In this document: positions 32,420 to 35,047 of the stretch, one piece after another | Position numbering within the stretch: position 1 is the first letter of the stretch | Layout: every line of letters starts with the position of its first letter | Origin: Macrostomum lignano | Taxonomy: Eukaryota | Direction of reading: 5' to 3' | Length of the DNA: 35,047 nt | NCBI GenBank assembly: GCA_002269645.1 | Contig: NIVC01001800.1 | Coordinates: 1 to 35,047 of the forward strand | Position numbers and translations under genes: made by a program | Notes under the pieces: model-generated | The model's input: only the letters and a program-made list of their open reading frames with translations | Databases searched by the model: none | What the model was told of the DNA's origin: nothing

Positions 32420-33930
32420 TGAGAAATTGCTGAAGCGCATGAAGAGTTGTTGATTGAGGTGCGTTAAAAAATTTCTGAAGTGCCTGAAGAGTTGCTGAAG
32501 TGCCTGAAGAGTTGCTGAAGTGCCTGAAGGGTTGCTGAAGTGCCTGAAGAGTTGCTGAAGTGCCTGAAGAGTTGCTGAAGCGCATGAAGAGTTGTTGATT
32601 GAGGTGCGTTAAAAAATTTCTGAAGTGCCTGAAGAGTTGCTGAAGTGCCTGAAGAGTTGCTGAAGTGCCTGAAGGGTTGCTGAAGTGCCTGAAGAGTTGC
32701 TGAAGTGCCTGAAGAGTTGTTGAAGCGCATGAAGAGTTGTTGATTGAGGTGCGTTAAAAAATTTCTGAAGTGCCTGAAGAGTTGCTGAAGTGCCTGAAGG
32801 GTTGCTGAAGTGCCTGAAGAGTTGCTGAAGTGCCTGAAGAGTTGCTGAAGTGCCTGAAGAGTTGCTGAAGTGCCTGAAGAGTTGCTGAAGTGCCTGAAGG
32901 TTGCTGAAGTGCCTGAAGAGTTGCTGAAGTGCCTGAAGAGTTGCTGAAGTGCCTGAAGAGTTGCTGAAGTGCCTGAAGAGTTGCTGAAGTGCCTGAAGAG
33001 TTGCTGAAGTGCCTGAAGAGTTGCTGAAGTGCCTGAAGAGTTGCTGAAGCGCATGAAGAGTTGCTGAAGCGATTGAGAAGTTGCTGAAGCGATTGAGAAG
33101 TTGCTGAAGTGCCTGAAGAGTTGCTGAAGTGCATGAAGAGTTGCTGAAGTGCCTGAAGAGTTGCTGAAGTGCCTGAAGAGTTGCTGAAGTGCCTGAAGAG
33201 TTGCTGAAGTGCCTGAAGAGTTGCTGAAGTGCCTGAAGAGTTGCTGAAGTGCCTGAAGAGTTGCTGAAGTGCCTGAAGAGTTGCTGAAGTGCATGAAGAG
33301 TTGCTGAAGTGCATGAAGAGTTGCTGAAGTGCCTGAAGAGTTGCTGAAGTGCCTGAAGAGTTGCTGAAGTGCCTGAAGAGTTGCTGAAGTGCCTGAAGAG
33401 TTGCTGAAGTGCCTGAAGAGTTGCTGAAGTGCCTGAAGAGTTGCTGAAGTGCCTGAAGAGTTGCTGAAGTGCCTGAAGAGTTGCTGAAGTGCCTGAAGAG
33501 TTGCTGAAGTGCCTGAAGAGTTGCTGAAGTGCCTGAAGAGTTGCTGAAGTGCCTGAAGAGTTGCTGAAGTGCCTGAAGAGTTGCTGAAGTGCCTGAAGAG
33601 TTGCTGAAGTGCCTGAAGAGTTGCTGAAGTGCCTGAAGAGTTGCTGAAGTGCCTGAAGAGTTGCTGAAGTGCCTGAAGGGTTGCTGAAGTGCCTGAAGAG
33701 TTGCTGAAGTGCCTGAAGAGTTGCTGAAGTGCCTGAAGGGTTGCTGAAGTGCCTGAAGAGTTGCTGAAGCACATAAAGAGTTGCTGAAGCACATGAAGAG
33801 TTGCTGAAGCACATAAAGAGTTGCTGAAGCACATAAAGAGTTGCTGAAGCGCATGAAGAGTTGCTGAAGCGCATGAAGAGTTGCTGAAGCGCATGAAGAG
33901 TTGCTGAAGCGCATGAAGAGTTTCTGAAGC
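32420..33930. repeat. 20-bp satellite (GAAGAGTTGCTGAAGTGCCT)n, ~1.5 kb
   Basis: Very homogeneous core; interrupting block GCGCATGAAGAGTTGTTGATTGAGGTGCGTTAAAAAATTT occurs three times (~32436, 32580, 32726). Confidence 0.97.
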
Positions 33931-34376
33931 GGGTCAATTTGATGAATCAACTTAAAAAGGTTTCTGAAGCGCAATTTAATTGATAAAACGCCGGAAGAGA
34001 GCCGCATTGCAGGAGCTGTTGAAGCCTTAATCAAAATGAATTTTGTTTAGAACTCCACGTTTCAATGCTCACGCGCATGCACCAGTTAAAATGAAAACTA
34101 CTTAATTTAGTCAATTGCTAAAGCCTTCGCTCTACCTTACGCCCAATGCCTTTCTTCCCAAGAATTACTGTAGCGACGCTATCTCCACCGGGCACAATGC
34201 TGAGCAGTGGACTCAATAGTCTCCAGTGCCTGGCAGACTTGGCCTGATAAAGCATTGTGGAGGGGTCGAGATAAGACCCATATAGCTTTATACAACTGCA
34301 GAAAATTTTATACCCTGCTTTTAGACCTGCCTGGCAACAGAATTTGGCCTTGTTCTGCTTTCTCATTACACTGTCA

Positions 34377-34778
34377 ATGGACACCGGCTTCTTCAAGGCC
34401 GTCAGCGGCTTCAAGTTCACCAGCCGCAAGCACCGAGTATCAGACGATGACGCCGTTGACAGGATCAACTCTTACTATGCTCCTGTGCTCATTGTGATCA
34501 TGTCATCGATTGTCATGACCAAGATGTACCTCCTTGGCGACCCCGTGCAGTGCTGGATTCCACCGGAGTTCAAGCCGGCCTGGGAGCAGTACGCAGAGAC
34601 CTACTGCTGGCTGAAGAACACCTACTTTGTGCCTCCGAACGGCAGCATTCCGGCGACGAGACGGTCAGGCAGGGCGAGGAGCTCAAGTACTACCAGTGGG
34701 TGCCGTTCGTGCTGGCTATCCAGGCACTCATGTTCCACTTGCCGGCTGTGATCTGGAAGCTGATGAACTGGCAGTCAG
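34377..34778 (+). CDS. Innexin, first coding exon, with a 1-nt frameshift at ~34650-34654; gene continues beyond window
   Basis: DDAVDRINSYY, GDPVQCWIP, YAETYCWLKNTYF, then in the shifted frame YYQWVPFVLAIQALMFHLPAVIWK; GT donor at 34779. Confidence 0.9.
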
Positions 34779-34789
34779 GTTGGTTGCTT

Positions 34790-35047
34790 GATCTGTCTGC
34801 TGCTGCCTGTCTGCTGCTGCCTGTCTGTCTGTCTGTCTGCTATTGCCTGTCTGCTGCTGCCTGTCTGTCTGTCTGTCTGCTATTGCCTGTCTGCTGCTGC
34901 CTGTCTGCTGCTGCCCTGTCTGTCTGTCTGTCTGCTATTGCCTGTCTGCTGCTGCCTGTCTGTCTGCTATTGCCTGTCTGCTGCCTGTCTGCTGCTGCCT
35001 GTCTGCCTGTCTGCTATTGCCTGTCTGCTTGCTGCCTGTCTGCTGCT
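34790..35047. repeat. CTG/CTGT compound microsatellite in innexin intron 1
   Basis: Mixed CTGCTG, CTGT and CTATTG units beginning ~10 nt after the donor. Confidence 0.95.

Noticed and set aside
32464-34034. Three 426-476 aa minus-strand ORFs
   Set aside because: All three frames are open because the 20-bp unit has no stop on that strand; the 20-aa period is three units. No evidence of coding.
1-35047. tRNA, rRNA or spliced-leader RNA genes
   Set aside because: None recognised by eye; a covariance-model scan would be needed to exclude them.

Overview
Eukaryotic (invertebrate animal) genomic DNA, not prokaryotic. The minisatellite-filled introns, innexin and composition resemble a free-living flatworm such as Macrostomum; this is inference only. 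Left 21.5 kb is a transposon nest. It holds a dead I-group LINE inserted into a Gypsy integrase remnant, a Helitron-like 3' end beside two minisatellites, and an old ~300-bp inverted-repeat pair (6871-19044). That pair encloses four younger DNA transposons, each with a recognisable target-site duplication (TSD). The largest is a 6803-bp CACTA/EnSpm element with TIRs, a 2-bp TSD, an intact 766-aa transposase and a 7-exon, 400-aa BEN-like gene that the ORF track shows only as fragments. A P-like 112-bp MITE and a Chapaev transposase relic follow. Right 13 kb has three + strand host genes: TRAP1 (5 coding exons, 738 aa), DTYMK (2 exons, 230 aa) and exon 1 of an innexin with a 1-nt frameshift. Every intron of these genes is filled by a different tandem repeat. 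The most striking unexplained signal is 11 RFX X-box motifs spaced ~53 bp apart directly upstream of DTYMK, the last containing the DTYMK start codon. All alignments, splice models and family calls were made by eye, with no database search.
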